Positions 1 through 14,989 of a stretch of DNA of 64,000 bases are shown in pieces. Source of the stretch: Octopus vulgaris (Eukaryota); NCBI GenBank assembly GCA_951406725.2, contig OX597817.1, positions 6,076,001 through 6,140,000 of the forward strand, written 5' to 3'. The notes under the pieces are model-generated. The model did not search any database. It had not been told where the DNA came from and worked only from the letters and a program-made list of their open reading frames with translations. Numbering within the stretch: the first letter of the stretch is position 1; every line of letters begins with the position of its first letter. A program made the position numbers and the translations under genes.

Positions 1-116
1 ATATAGATGGACGGATGTGCGTATCTATGTAGGCAAAAATGCAAGCGTGCATGCATGTGTGTATGCATACATACATATATATATACACACACACATACAC
101 ACACATACATACACAC

Positions 117-184
<68 letters not shown>

Positions 185-429
185 ATACATACAGGGAGTA
201 CTGAAGATATCCTGGCTTTAGGATGTCACGAAAGACCTAGTTGAAGGATCACTCCAATAAGAGTGTGAATCTGAAAGGGAAATATGTTGCATAAAATCAT
301 AATTAACTAATTGTCTTGTATTTGCATTTACCGAAGGTCAAGAATTTTCCTCACCCACCCCGTACATGTATGTATGTATGTATGTATGTATCTAGTCATG
401 CATGTATACATGTATGTATGGATGCATGT

Positions 430-2170
430 CTCTTAAATTTTTTAATTATTATAAATCTTCCACTGAGGAGGGAGCCGGTTTCCAGCAAAGACACAAGCTC
501 CCATCTTTGAGATGTAGTTAAGAGAGAACAATTCACATTTGAAACTTGACAAATGTCTTGCATATTTTTAATGTTCCACTCACAGAATGGACTTGTACGA
601 ATTAGCCGGACAGTTTCTTTTACTGATAAGCCCAGTTGATCCAGATTCTCCTGTAAGCACTTACTAACAATACCTAGTGCTCCAATTATTATTAGTATGA
701 ATATGGATTGATAGTCTGGATATAGAAGCTGGGGGTTTCGAAGCAGTTGTCCATAGATATCCTCTTTTTCTTTGATTTTCATACAGATATTTATATCTTC
801 TGGGCAGCTAATCTCTATGATGGTACATACCTTTGTCCCTCTGTCCCAAACAACAATATCCGGTCTGTCATGCTTACATTTTCCAACAGTATTCCTTGAG
901 TTGGTGTTTATGAATGTATTCCATAACAGGGATTTTCTAAGTTTATTTCAAGACAGTCTTTCTTGCAGATGGCATCGTAAATTGTTTCAGTAACAACATC
1001 GTGCCGCATAGGGAAATAGTGCTTTACGCGACGTTTTAGGGCAGCTGCTAATCGCATACGTAATGTCTTCCACAGAACATGACATAGCCTACACATGCGG
1101 TTGCTCCTTGGGATTACATGGGCGTCACTGTCTCTCTTGTTCACCAGTTATTTTGTTCCTGGATTGCAATCGCATAGCCTTCAAAGTGTGATGTGATATA
1201 GTGGTCTATAGAGAGGCTGCACTTTGTGTCAATTCTGCTATCTTCTTCATGCTTCCGGGCAGCATACACATGCATGGTCTGTTTTTGTATGCTGAGTGCT
1301 TTCCATCCAGGTCTTCTCTGAGCTAACAGAGGCCAGCTGTTTTGAGGTTGTATAACTCATCAGGAAGAAAGTGTTTCTTGAGGAAATGTTGCTCACTTCA
1401 CTTTTCAGCACTGCATTGATGTATTTATTTTTATTGCTGTTGTTTAGTAGGTGCTGCCTGAGTGATATCAAACATTATTCGAAAGCTATCTGCACTTCTT
1501 AGGTAGAACTTGTAAACATCACTGTTTCTGTGGAAGTTCCCGGTTGTCAGAATTTTGCGGGCTTTGATATCTATGGAGTGGATTTCCTCTACAAACCAAT
1601 GAAGTATCCCAAATGTTGGGAGCAGCATTGGTACTGTAAATGTATTGTGGGATATTATTTTGTTATGCATGTTTTTTCAGTTCAGATATGCGTTTAGGTT
1701 TTATTTCGTCAGGTTCCACGGTTGGTTTCAAAGTTGTAAAAAATTCAGCTTTTGTTTTTGTATTTTGCACAAGCATGCACTCCTTAAATTTTAAAGAAAT
1801 CTTGCAATTATTTTCTTGTTATTGATGCAAACTTTTGTACGTGTAATATTTTGTATAAAAGTATGGGGTAACATATTTGTTTAGACAGTGGAAGTGGTGT
1901 CATAATAAAAAAAAAATGTTTTCATTTAGTTACTATATATCTTCATTTACATGCAGATATCAAGAAAGCAACTGAGAACAGAACAACTTGTTTCGTGATT
2001 GTGCTTTTGGTCGATATTTTATTTCAAGTTTTCTCCGTTATGGTTTTGATCCAATGGCCTCAGTACATTCATCTTTGTCTAATCGCTTTTGCCTTTTATT
2101 TCTGATGGCAACGTCTAAAAGAATAATACTTTGTGAATATGTAGTAGCTAGAGATCATTCGCTGACAGCT
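430..2170 (-). mobile_element. Dong/R4-like non-LTR retrotransposon remnant (restriction-like endonuclease end), internally deleted
   Basis: Motifs CRLC, RHDVV, HDRPDIVVWD..IEISCP and IIIGALG. The 3' end abuts a (TACA/CATG)n microsatellite. Confidence 0.75.
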
Positions 2171-2220
2171 GGAAATGGGTAGCGATTGCGTTCAGTTTTC
2201 ATTTTGTTTATGTATGTATG

Positions 2221-2334
<114 letters not shown>

Positions 2335-3839
2335 TCATACATATATACCTACATGCATGCATAGATACATATGTATAGTTACGCGTGCGCACACACACAC
2401 GCACATACACACACGTGCATATAGACAAGCACATACAGAGACACACATACAATTGATTAACATTTTTTGAGTACTTTTTACTCAACAGAATTTTTATATA
2501 CAAAATCCAAACATTTTGCAGAAGGATGCATTTAAAGCTTCACGTGCCGGTTCCCTGCCTCTGGTATAATATATTATGCTCAGCTACTAACATGATTGGT
2601 ATCTGCTGCATCAGATAAGCTGTAAGGAATGTCAATGTGAAATCGTAAAGATTGCAGTTAAAGAATCTGAAAGCAGAGGGATGAAGTGAAATAAATGTAC
2701 ACCACCACATTCAAATGATAATTCATACAACAAAAGCCAATACATAGTTGCTCGATCTTCTCGAAATAGCAAACGCATAGCAGGCGAACTTCCCATAATT
2801 CACACCATGTCATCAGAAAAAATGATATGCAAGATTTAATTTAGAAACGTAGTAATATATGCATAACATATACAAAGCCTAATAACTAATCACGATGATA
2901 ATTGTTAGAATGCGTTATTATAGATGATCGGAATCTAGGTACTGAAGGCACATTTTCATGGGTATTCGAAGTTCTAAATTAGCCATATATTACTCGCCTA
3001 CCACAGGGCAAAAAAGAGACTACGCAAAGTGCAAAAAAGATAGCTCTAGATATGATATACCCGATAAATGACTGAGATTGTTATAGCTGATTTCTTTCGT
3101 TTATAGATCTGTTATGAACAATATATAATGCTAAAAAAAAAACACAACGACCGCAACAACAGCAGAGACTGGTACACTATTTTCCTAAAGAAATATTTTA
3201 AAATTTGCTTTGGAAGATTATTGATGTGAAATTGCTTGCTGAAACAGATGATGCTCCATTTGGGAGAAACAGGCTTGCCATAAAAACACAGATTATCAGC
3301 CAAGTAATACATACACACAGATACAAACTCTGACACAAAACATATTTACAAGGAAAAGTTTGCATAGTTGCTTGTAAACTATTCTTGGCGTAACAAGGAT
3401 ACGTTTTCATGGCAACAGAGAGAGAACACAAGCCATGGCAACAATTAAAGTTTTGTACATAAACATAAAAGAATTATTAGTCTGTTGGGACGATTTAACA
3501 TTTGATGTTTCAAATACTTCTACTTCGAAGATAAAAAAGCAATATATGAATGCCAATAGCAGGCCGTTAAGGTCAAAGAAAATAGAGAAGGAAGAATCTG
3601 ACTAACCAGAATATATAAAAAAAATATGTGGATATCTTAAATAAATCTAACCAAGGTTGAAAAGGCTGAACCAGTACAAGAACAACAAGTGTTCGTGTTT
3701 AGCTGCAAGTGTCCTGCAACTTCAGTCTTGTTGTTAATGATTCTTTCGTTAATGATTTAAGACACCACAACTCGATCAGACATACTATCATTGATTCTAG
3801 ATGAGCTCACACATACATGCGTGCATACATATATACATA

Positions 3840-4310
3840 ATGATTTGGGATAGAGAAGAGACATTGTGTACAGTTGTGGAAATCAGCTGCCCAGCAGATG
3901 TTAACATAAGGCTAAAGATCAGGGAAAAAGAAAATACCTACGTTGAACTATTGAGTTTCAGTTGCTCTATCCAGTTCAGGTAATTATTGGAACAGTGATT
4001 TATGTAACACACTGCCTAAATACCAATCTTGAGAAATTAGGCATTCAAAATCAGAAAAGAGAAAGCTGATTCAAAGACTAGAGATCCAAGCAATCACTAG
4101 AACTGTAAAAATCTGTAAAAATATGTCTGAATATGCAACTATATGCATGAGAATACATGCATAAAACAAAACATACAAATCTGCACATTTACACTCTTAC
4201 ATACAAAAGTACCCTGTTGACGTTTTTGAAATTCCAAGGAAGGGGCCTTGGATGTTGGTTAGAAACCCGCTCTTTCTCTACTGACTAGAAATCTTGAAAT
4301 AAAAGTGAAT
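3840..4310 (+). mobile_element. Dong/R4-like 3' fragment
   Basis: MIWDREETLCTVVEISCPADVNIRLKIREKENTY is homologous to the 430-900 region. It ends at (CATG/TACA)n. Confidence 0.7.
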
Positions 4311-4356
4311 GACATGCATGCATGCATGCATGAATGCATACATACATACATACATA

Positions 4357-4578
4357 CATCGAAGGAGAGGGGCTTTCTCCGTCCGGGTTGCAGATCCGTG
4401 GAATAAGCTACCGGACGAGATGGTGAAGATGCCGACGACCGCTCGGTTCAAAGTCTCCCTTGACCACAAGTGGCCTGAACTCTTTAGATGAGCACCACCC
4501 TGTACATAACTCCATGCCCCCCTACATGGCCTTGCTTTTTGCTTTTTGAGCCATAAATTAACTAACTAACTAATTAAC
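4357..4578 (+). mobile_element. CR1-type LINE 3' fragment
   Basis: RRGAFSVRVADPWNKLPDEMV..FKVSLD followed by a (TAAC)n tail. Confidence 0.75.
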
Positions 4579-5068
4579 ATACATACATACTTGCATACAC
4601 ACACACAAACATTATAAATTACAATAAAAGACCTTCCGAACAGGTAAACTTGGATGATTTAGTAAAATATAAGGTGACTAACACCTCGATAACGAATTAT
4701 ACTTGTTAGACAAATACAAGAAGGTTAAGCTTGAGATCAATTACCTTCATTGAAGAAGAAATTCAGAGAGAAGAAGAGCGAAAGCTAGAGAGAAAGAAAA
4801 ACACAGCGTTTAGAAATGAACTTCTCACAAACACTCGGGCGTTTATTTCATATTTCTTTCTTCCACTTTCTCTTTTGTTATTGCTTCCTTTTGTTATTGC
4901 TTCCTTTTCATTTCCCTGTCTTTGAAATAGAAATCAGTGTAAAATGTCAAAATATTTTTCACTCATTCAGCGTCAAAGAAATACAGGATTTTATCGTGTT
5001 ATGCTTCGTTGCCTGCGGTGTCTCTATGTTATTATACGCATACATAATTACATATATACATATACATA

Positions 5069-5158
<90 letters not shown>

Positions 5159-5218
5159 CTATGTATGTATATATATATACATATATATACATATATACAC
5201 ATAGTGTATATATATGTG

Positions 5219-5260
<42 letters not shown>

Positions 5261-6640
5261 CACACCCATACTGGCACAGACACACATAAAACTGAACTAT
5301 TGAAGAATGATTTAAAAAGGCAAACAATTATTTGCTGTAGGGAATCTGGTTTCTTTCCGTTTATGAAATTATATTTTGGGAAAGATACCTTAAGGGAAAA
5401 CTTAGAATTTACTTATAGTTCTAGGAAACTGACAAGTCTTAAGATGCTTCGTTCCTGCAAGAAATAGTTCAAGGATTCGACTCCTGGTCTCGAAGTTCAG
5501 ACCATTCTATCATCAATAAAATATGAAGTATCTAAAATAGAAAAATTCGGATACTTATATAGACAGTTATATTAACTTATTTATGTACTACGTAGTCTCC
5601 ACAAAGAAAATTACCTTTCGTAGACAGATTGATACACAAATATAAACACATGAACAAAAACAAGTGTATTTTCCCGTTATGAACGGAAATATGTTTAATG
5701 CCCTTTGACCAGAGACAAAAAAAGCCTGAAAAGCAATGCACACACATACAGATACATACGCACACATACACGCCATATTTAAACAAAGATACAGAAGCAC
5801 ATATAAGTAAATAAATGAAATCCCATTCGCAAAACTTAGAGCAAAATGTTACCACAAACTTAAAGAAGCATAAAATACATATACAAATATAAAACATCGC
5901 TCTTTCATTATTTTTCAGACAGGTACACAAACTATATCTATATTCAGATATCACTATACTAACAAATTCTCAGTCACATGGGAGTAAAATATTTGCTTCT
6001 GTGTTCTCATTTAAACACTCAGAATAGAAAGTTGCAATATATAAAATCTGGTATGTGATATGTTAAAAATAGGTCTCTCTGCAAATCTGTGGTTTCGTCA
6101 TTTGATAGGATAGTACGGCACCGTGTCGTCTAATTTAGCTCTTTGCTTATAAATTCCACCCCTCAATCCCAACAATACCACCTCCACAACCTAAACTACT
6201 CTCTCAGGCATACCCGCTTAATCCAATCGCCAAAGTCTTAACCCATTTCATTAACCAGCTTAAGTACCAGCTAATTCCATTTCTCTCCCATACATATTCA
6301 TTCGATTCCCACTCCACTCCTCCTCATCACAACTCCCTCTTCTGTTACCACCACTTCTAATACTGCTGCTTCTTTCTCAGTGCCTCTATCTCTACTCTTC
6401 TAGCATCCCCTAGAAATCTAGTTACCATACCTCATGATCTGAAACTGAATTTTCCTTTCTCTCTACTGGTCAATGTTCATCGATTCCCAGACTTTCTGTT
6501 GACGAGTTTCAGATCTGTACCTAGATAGAACCCAAAATAAGTATCATCTTAGCATTAGGGTTGATATAATTGACTTACCTCCTCTCCCGATCAAGCTGGC
6601 CTTGTGGCAAAATTTGAAACTAATATATATACATATATGC

Positions 6641-6687
<47 letters not shown>

Positions 6688-7075
6688 CATGTATATACAG
6701 ATAGATAGATAAATAGATACGTAGATGGATAGATAAGATAAATAGATAGATAGACATATAGATAGATAGATAGATAGATAGAGAGATAGAACAATTCCTT
6801 TTGCAAGATTTCTGATGTGAAATCGTGTGTTCAAACAGGTATTGTTGTATTTCGGGATGGTCTTTTTTATGCCAGAATGGAGTAAATGGAGCAAGAACAC
6901 ACAGGAAAACGTAAAGAGTGGTTGAAGAGTTCACATATGTGTGACGAAAGATTTTCGGACAATGGACATGAGTGAAAATAATAAAATAAGAACGGTAATA
7001 AACGAGTGAAGAAAAATATATAGTGCGTGTGTATTTTTGGCAAAAAAAAAGAGAAAAATATGAGCATCCCAGAAT

Positions 7076-7150
<75 letters not shown>

Positions 7151-7199
7151 GCTTATTCACTGCTAAATAAATGTCATTTAGAGTTGATTCAACTACCAT

Positions 7200-9000
7200 A
7201 CCTTCTATAACTGGAAGGTGTTCTATTTTTTCTATCTCCTCATGTCAGCGGGTTATGGTCTATTCAAAAGTGGAGAAAAATATTCTACACAGCGCTTATG
7301 AATAGAAGCGGTGCCAGTCAGAAGCAAACGTCCATTTGCTTTCCTCACTGGAGCTATTGAAGAAGATTTGAGCCATATAACTCCTTAACATAAGAGTACA
7401 AACCCTTGGAATCATTTCTATCAGCTGCTCTATCAGTCCTTAATTTTCTTTAGAGCAGTCTGAAATTTTTCTTTCAGCTCTCTGTAAGCTTGGTTTGAGT
7501 TGGAGTTCAAGGACTGAGAAAGAAATGTATTGCCTAAGCTTTGTTTTTCTAAAAGTAGATCATGAATTTCTGCTGATCTTTCTGAGAACCAGTCACTGGA
7601 CTTACGTGATTTAAATCCCACTGACGAACTTGCAGCCCGAAATACTTTTGCTTTGAAATTTTCCCATAGATTGTTTGGGTCAAGATTGATACTTTATATA
7701 GCATCGGGTTATCTTTGCAAGCTGCTTGTTTATTTAAAGTTTGCAACGTTAAACTTTTGGGGTACCTTGGGACCAGTCTGTCGATTTTTAGGTATTATCG
7801 AAAAAATTATTTTCCCTCACACTGGACGATGTGTCATGACCCGAACGCTGGAAGCATCTTTCATATCACGCTTTCTGTTCAAAATATAATCTATGAGGTG
7901 CCAGTACTAGATCTTGGGTGCATCCAGGTGGTTTTATATTTATTTTTCTGCTTAAACAGACTGTTGGTGACAACCAGGTTATTTTCAGTACAAAACGTCA
8001 AAAGAGCTACTCTATTTTTATTACATTTTCCGATCCTATGTTGACCTCAAACAGGACATGAGACGTATTCCTTTCTAGCTCTTACGTTGAAATCTCCCAA
8101 TATGACCAGCTTGTCAGAAATTGGTACTTTCCTCAATAATTGTGCTAGGTCATCACAAAACCGAGCTACAGTTTCATCAGAATGGGACATTGTTGGCGCA
8201 TAAATACTGATAACGGTAAGAAACCTACATATTTTGTTAGTTTAATACGGCATGACATGGTTCGTTCAGATATACCACTTGGAAATTCAGCAATGGAGGA
8301 TACTAATGAATTCTTGAGAGCAAACCCAACACCAAATTCTCAACGCCGACCCTTAGGTAGGCCTCTCCAAAAGATAGAGTACCCATAAGAAGGTTCATTT
8401 ACTTGACCCTTACCAGAGAGACGGGTTTCAGAGAGCGCAACTATATCAAGGGAATATTTCTTAAGCTCCCTTGCGATAAGTGCAGGATACCTTTCTGGCC
8501 TCTGGTTGAAATGACAATTTCAAGAAATTTGCGCACATTCCAACTGCCAAAATTCAAAGAATGTTTATTTTTACTTTTCCTTGAAGATTGTTTGACCACA
8601 GTGGCAGGATGACGACCGGGCCTGGCCTGTGATACTCTGCGACACCTGCTGAGCCAGACCTGTTCCCCTGACGTTCCCAAGTTTAATTTTTTTTTTTCCA
8701 TTTACTGAATCTGTTTGAGACATTTTAAAGTAAGTTACAAGTGCATTTTTAGGTTTCTGCCAAACAACCAATTCAATGATTTTAATAAGATTTGCTGTAC
8801 AGGATGTACTTATGCAGATGAATAATTTTAGTGAGTGTAGCTTGCACTGCACTACCCCACCTATTGGCCCAAGAAGACTTTCGCCGGTGTGACATGAAAA
8901 TTGAGAAAACCAGAAACTTCCCACGCCTCACGCTTTATTTCGGAGATTTCCTTCTCCTAGGTAGATTAGCAACCAAGGTTTAAGCGCTTCTACTTGCCTA
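7200..9000 (-). mobile_element. Decayed RTE-clade LINE 5' part (endonuclease and linker)
   Basis: Motifs LNFGSWNVR, FCDDLAQLLRKVP..DKLVILGDFNV and DWF.. in broken frames. Confidence 0.6.
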
Positions 9001-9152
9001 AGAGGTAAGCTATTCAATTCCAGACATCAAACCGACATTCAGACACACTATAAGATAATCAAATATCACTCGGGTGACTGACGCGGAGTAGCTCATTCAT
9101 ACATAAAAAAGAAGAAAAGTACGATATGTGATTTCCAAATATATATAAGAAT

Positions 9153-9224
<72 letters not shown>

Positions 9225-9366
9225 TCGTTGATATGCATTTTCAAAATATGAATAAAGTAAGATTTAAATATAAATAATATTTATATAAAAGTAAACATAT
9301 ACACATATATACGTATAAGAAAATCCCCAGAAAAGTACGATATGTGAATAAGAATTAAATATAAAT

Positions 9367-9399
<33 letters not shown>

Positions 9400-11365
9400 A
9401 TATGTATATGTATATATATGTATATATATGCATATATGCACATACATACCTAAACACATATACTTAGTTACTTTAGACGTTAACATTCTTATTTCTTGCT
9501 TTGTGTTTAGCTTTTCACTTCGTATTCTTATCAATAAAATTTGTTTCGCGGAACTTTGATTTACGTCCACAAATTATAAATAAATTATTAAGTTTTAAAT
9601 CTATCTTTCCGACAAACATGTTTACAAATAATCACGTGTTTATTCCCTCTTCATATATAGCATTTTATTTTTACTATGGAAATAGTAAACTCCCATATTA
9701 ACTTATGTATTTCATTAAATTATGGATATATTTTCTTAATGTCTTTCGTTAGGGAATTTTTCTAGAATTTAAATTTGCAAAAAATAAAAATAAAAGTTAT
9801 TTAGCAGATTCTTAATTCAATTTATTTTCGTTCTATGTATGTGTGTGTTGAAGCGAGGGTGAGTTTTATTTTATTCTTTGAAATATCTTCATTTTACTGC
9901 CAAGCCATATTACTCTTTTATACGTGAACAAATGAAAACTAGACGAACAAATAAATAAACATTATTCTTCAAACATTATTATCATGTTTGTACAATAATG
10001 CAAAATATATTGCTAAAATTGTGAGACATATTATATTTTGTTTTTAAGCTTCTTTGAAAAAAATTGCTTTACTTAAAATGTTTACAAATTGATGAAATTA
10101 TCCGATTTTTCTAGAATCTGTTTTATTTCTCCGATTTACGTTTTCATTTTCTTAAAACCGTATGTGAAGTTGTCAGAGTCCGGCGATATTAAGATACTAG
10201 TTGTACTAGATGAAGTCAGGTGACGATGCTGAATCGCATTCAGTAAATCAAACGCAAGTCTATACAATGAAGCTTTTATTATTTATGATGTCTTCTTCCA
10301 TTAGTTACGTTGCGTAAAATTAAGCTACAGAGGACAAGTGGCCTGGTGTCTAGGGTTTTGTGCCAACTATCTTAAGTTCATGGATTCAAATATTGGAGCA
10401 GGGAGCAAGGCTCGTTAAGAAAAGCACATATTTCCTCAACAATATATGCTTTAATAATTTATAAAAGTTGTGTATAATTGGAAAATGTCACCTAATTAAC
10501 AGAAATTAATTGTTATATTCGTGATGACATTGAGGTTGATTTGACGATAAAACAATGTTGATTTTTCTCCAAATACTTGTCTTTGCAAGTGACCCGTTAC
10601 TTCGTTGCTCTGCACTTCCGAAGACTAATGGAAAATGAAAGAATCTATTATTTGAAAAAATAAAGTTTGGAGTTGGTGACAGGACTAACATTCGGCTTAA
10701 AACTGCTGACGAAAGGGAGAGCCATCCAATAAATGATCGCATAGATAAACGGACGCTAAAAGAACAATCGACCGCACACACACACACACACGCACATACA
10801 TCTGATTTGAATTTCATGCTACTTCAAGTTTCGACCGCCATGACTAAGCCTTTCTTGTGAGTCTGGTAGTAATCCGAAATTCGGATTATTACCAAACTGA
10901 CGACAAAGTCTCTGTCAGGGCCTTCAAAATTTTACGTAGCATGGAATTGAATCAAACTACTTTGAATAATACATGTATCTCCCAATGAATGTGTTGAGTG
11001 CTCTTTCTTTTGCTTGTTCACTTATATATATATATATATATATATATATCTGCGACAAGATCTCAGAATTTTAATTGATTTGCTTTTCGCAGGAAGGAAT
11101 TTTTCATTCGAAGTATACGTCTCGCTTTTATCCTTCGAAACGTTTAGTAGATGAAACTTTAGCGACTGAAGAAGGGGATTTTTCGTTGTGCTTATTGTCC
11201 TGTATCTCCTTTTTTTGCTTGTCTTGTTCCGTGGTTTGTGTCTATGTTTTTCGTCTCTCTATGTGTTCGACGTCCTTTTGGTGTCCTGTACACATATATG
11301 CGTGTATATGTACATGTAGAGGTAGGTACGTACATATATGTTTATATATATGCATATATTTTATT

Positions 11366-11404
<39 letters not shown>

Positions 11405-11799
11405 TGGACAGACATAAGGAGCTATATTTATTTATTGTTTATTATATGCTTAGCTGCTGCGTGTATGCATTTCGGTGCGTTCATTGTTCAATTGTATCAA
11501 TCGCTTGGTTGATCAACTGAAAATAAAGATAACCACAGAGACAGTGAAAGGAGATGGAATTTGGTCAGTATGGCGTTTGTACAGAATTAAGTCGACTGTT
11601 TCTAACCAGCAACCTGAAGATATTTCTCCGTCTTAACGTGAATGATAAGTATTGATATCCATTACATTTTCCCTTACGTATATTCATTACAGCTAGTCCT
11701 GGAGTACGTTGTGTTATTATGGCAGTCGCCAGAATCCTAATACGTCCAATTTTTAACGTTGATATCCTTGACCTAATGGCCGTTTGAGATTTATTCAAT

Positions 11800-12250
11800 T
11801 TGTTCGCTGGAACCCGCTTTCGCTAGTTCCAGTTTGTAATATCCCTCGTGTGTTTAAAGATTTGCTCGTCGGCTGAAAGCTTAGAAATTCTAAATGACAC
11901 CATCTTGACTATAGAATTTATAATACATCTGGATGGTTTGACTTGCGGCTAGCGTACTGGATGTCAATAATATTCACCCGTGTCACATTAATCCAATTTA
12001 ATCCTATTTCTTTTCTTTCCTTCTTTTTGTTTGGCAGTCGATTTGTTTTCACTCTGAGGAAGATATCGCATTGGTAGAATTGAAAAATAGAGTTGGCAAA
12101 ATTGAACAAAGAAAGCTTCCAAAAACATATCTGAAACAGATGTAAGACTACAATAAATAAATAAACCTATATAACTTATTCCACTGTATGGCAACTTGGG
12201 AAAATGTATTGTACGATAGCCTTGTGAGTAGATTTGATATAAACATAGAA
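11800..12250 (-). pseudogene. Highly decayed PLE RT C-terminal fragment of a different clade
   Basis: ..VNIID..SNHP..SIVKMVSFRISKLSADEQIF..YYKLELAKAG. Confidence 0.4.
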
Positions 12251-12599
12251 TCTAAAAGAAACGCGTCGTATATGTATATTTGTGTGTATTTGTGTGTGTG
12301 TGTGTGTGGTTTGTCACCCCTCCCACCCGTTGACAACCGGTTTTGGTGTGTTTAAGTGCCTGCAACTTAGCGGTTTGGCAAAAGAGCTTTGATAGAATAT
12401 ATACTAGCCTTTAAAATGACGTGGAGTCAATTTGTTCAACTAAACATTTTACATGGTGGTGCCCCAGCATGACCGCGACCAACAGACTAAAACAAGTAGA
12501 ATACACGCACACACACACATATATGTGTGTGTATATATATATCCCAAATCTGTCCATACTAACAAAATCGATTAATTACATTGCTGTACTCTGAAAACA

Positions 12600-14850
12600 A
12601 CTATAAGTGAAGGAAGAAGACAATCTAGATTAAGCTGTTAGTCAAAATTTGAATCAACTATTCACAACCTTACACTCAATTTTGTAACCAATTTTGTTTT
12701 AAATACCCAAAACACAAAAGATACAAAGAAAATATACAAATGTCAGCACATTTAATTGAAGGCCGCATGAGCCATATGTGAACGAAAAACCTAAACACTA
12801 GAAATTTTACATCCTGGAACATGGTTAAAAATAGTAGTGAGGCAGAAATATATGAAACGATGGAAGAATTTAACCTGATTGATATTTCCACGCAAACTAC
12901 GAATAAAGCCAATTCCCGAGAAGCCTGAACAGAAAAGACAACTAAGGGAGAAATTAGCACTAGAGAAGATTTAACTAGAAATTGAATTACTTAAACTCAG
13001 AACATCGAATAACGAACAAAAATATAAATACATATATAAATAAATATAAATCAATATAAATATTGATCAAGAAATGTATATCACTAAACACGATAAACGG
13101 CCTATAGAAAGTGTTCTCAATCTATGGAAAGTAAACTGAATATGAAGAAGTAAATTTTTTCCCTTATTATGAAACCCAGTTCAAAAGAGAGTACAATTCC
13201 GATAACTCCTTTCTGAAGAAATGCAGCGTGAAAGTCGATACAGAAATGACCAAACAACCAATTAGACCAAACTATAAACATTTAAAAAGACACATCCACA
13301 CAAAACAAAGCTTTCACTTGGAAGTAAATCGTCTTCGAACTAGAAATAGGGGCATCTCAAAAATTGCAAAGAGTAGAAGAAACCACCCCGGGGATAGGAA
13401 TACTAATTTCCCACCAGCAATTAAAAACACCCAGGGGAATACATTTAACCCTCAACGAAGAAGCTCGAACTACGAAGTTACAACCAATTTGCTCAGACAG
13501 CACATCCAGTCTTCTAACAGTTCAGTTAGAGCCAGTCCAGAAAAACAGGTACACCCGTTGGAACAAAACACACAATAAAAACCCAAAGTAATAAACGTAT
13601 CAAATAAAACTTTTCAAGAAAATAAAAACAAAAAAAAAAAGATTCAATATGCTAGAAAGAGGAATAAAAGTTGCCCCAACCCTGCGCGAAATTAAAGAGA
13701 ATATTACGAATTTTGTAGGAAATTGTGACTTACACAATCACTAAATAATTATAACAACGACGATGGATCACTGGTCAAAAACAAAAGTAATTATTTCCCA
13801 CCTATATGTAGCAATAAAACACTTGGTGGCTTTGTGACTATATCCTGAATAATACTTTACACAAGTGATGAATGAACTCAAACCTGAACAATATCGAATG
13901 GAAAAATTTAATTGAACTGCCAAACGAAAAAAGAACTGAGAATCAAAGAAGCCGACAAATGAAGTGCTGTAGTTTTGATGGACACAGAATACTAGAGAAA
14001 TCTAGTATTGTCCAGACTAGAAAACGATACCTTCTACGAAAAGTTTGAAAACTATAAACAATAGAAAACAATGGAAAATCTTGCATTCTTAATTCACCTA
14101 CATGGAAAAGCTCTGACAGACAAAGAAATAGATTATATCCTAAATTTGAAATGTAAACCTCGTATCATCTACGGTCTACCTAAAAACCACAAGAGCTGCA
14201 TTATCAATGAAGCCAAAAAAACAATCACCAAGAATATACATCAATGTCCAAGCTCCACAAGATTTAAAATTAAGACACATTATAGCTAGCCCAGCGCAGG
14301 GAGGCCGCCGCTTAAACAATTTTCTAGACATTCTACTGGAGCCCTTTTGAAATATATCATTAGAGATGAACTATATAAGTTAAATCACCTACCAAAAACT
14401 GACAACGAAGAGACAATTTGGGTTTCCTTCGATATTTTGTGAATCTATGCACCGAGAAAGAAGCAATAAAATTCTGTCTGGAAGACTATCTCGTAGAACA
14501 TCCAGAGCACATGAATCAAGGATTTATAATTGAGACTTTAAAACTTATCCTCGAGAACAATTACTTTTTATTTGATATCACCTACTTACCGACAAGAATG
14601 TGGAATTGTGACGGGAACAAAAGCAGCCCTGTTTTTGCGAAAATAATATGGTACATTTATAATTAATTATATATCAAGTATCCCTACAAAAACATGGATA
14701 CTCATTTTACCATTATATAAGAGAGAACTAGAAAGGATATCTCGATGACTGCGTTATTATTTGGATGAGAATATCGATAAACTATTTGGATTTAAATCAC
14801 TACTCAATGTTATAAATCCAATTATTCAGTTTACAATGGAGTACAACAGA
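12600..14850 (+). pseudogene. Decayed PLE related to the 51-55 kb element (ORF1 homolog + RT to about the YLDD region)
   Basis: ORF1 homology at 12780-13150, followed by PKVINVS, IKEADK*SAVVLMD, IYGLPKNHK, LKLILENNYFLFD and GYLDDC. Confidence 0.85.
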
Positions 14851-14989
14851 GCAAGTCCAAGAGACAGCCTAATACAGTCAGCATGAATACACGAACTTAA
14901 CGAAACAAATTTAGAAAGAAGAAGCTGCAAACTACGGTAATGGCACCTCAGTACTACGTAAAAGTGTATAAGGAAGCAACCTAACTAAC

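Noticed and set aside
198-242. CTGAAGA-TATCCT..AGGATG-TCAC-GAAA hammerhead-like string; similar weak strings at ~11130-11180 and ~35195-35225
   Set aside because: The stem II register is broken and stems I and III cannot be formed convincingly; at best these are decayed copies.
9112-9365. Short direct duplication AGAAAAGTACGATATGTGA..ATAAGAATTAAATATA
   Set aside because: Ordinary local duplication beside a TA tract with no further structure.
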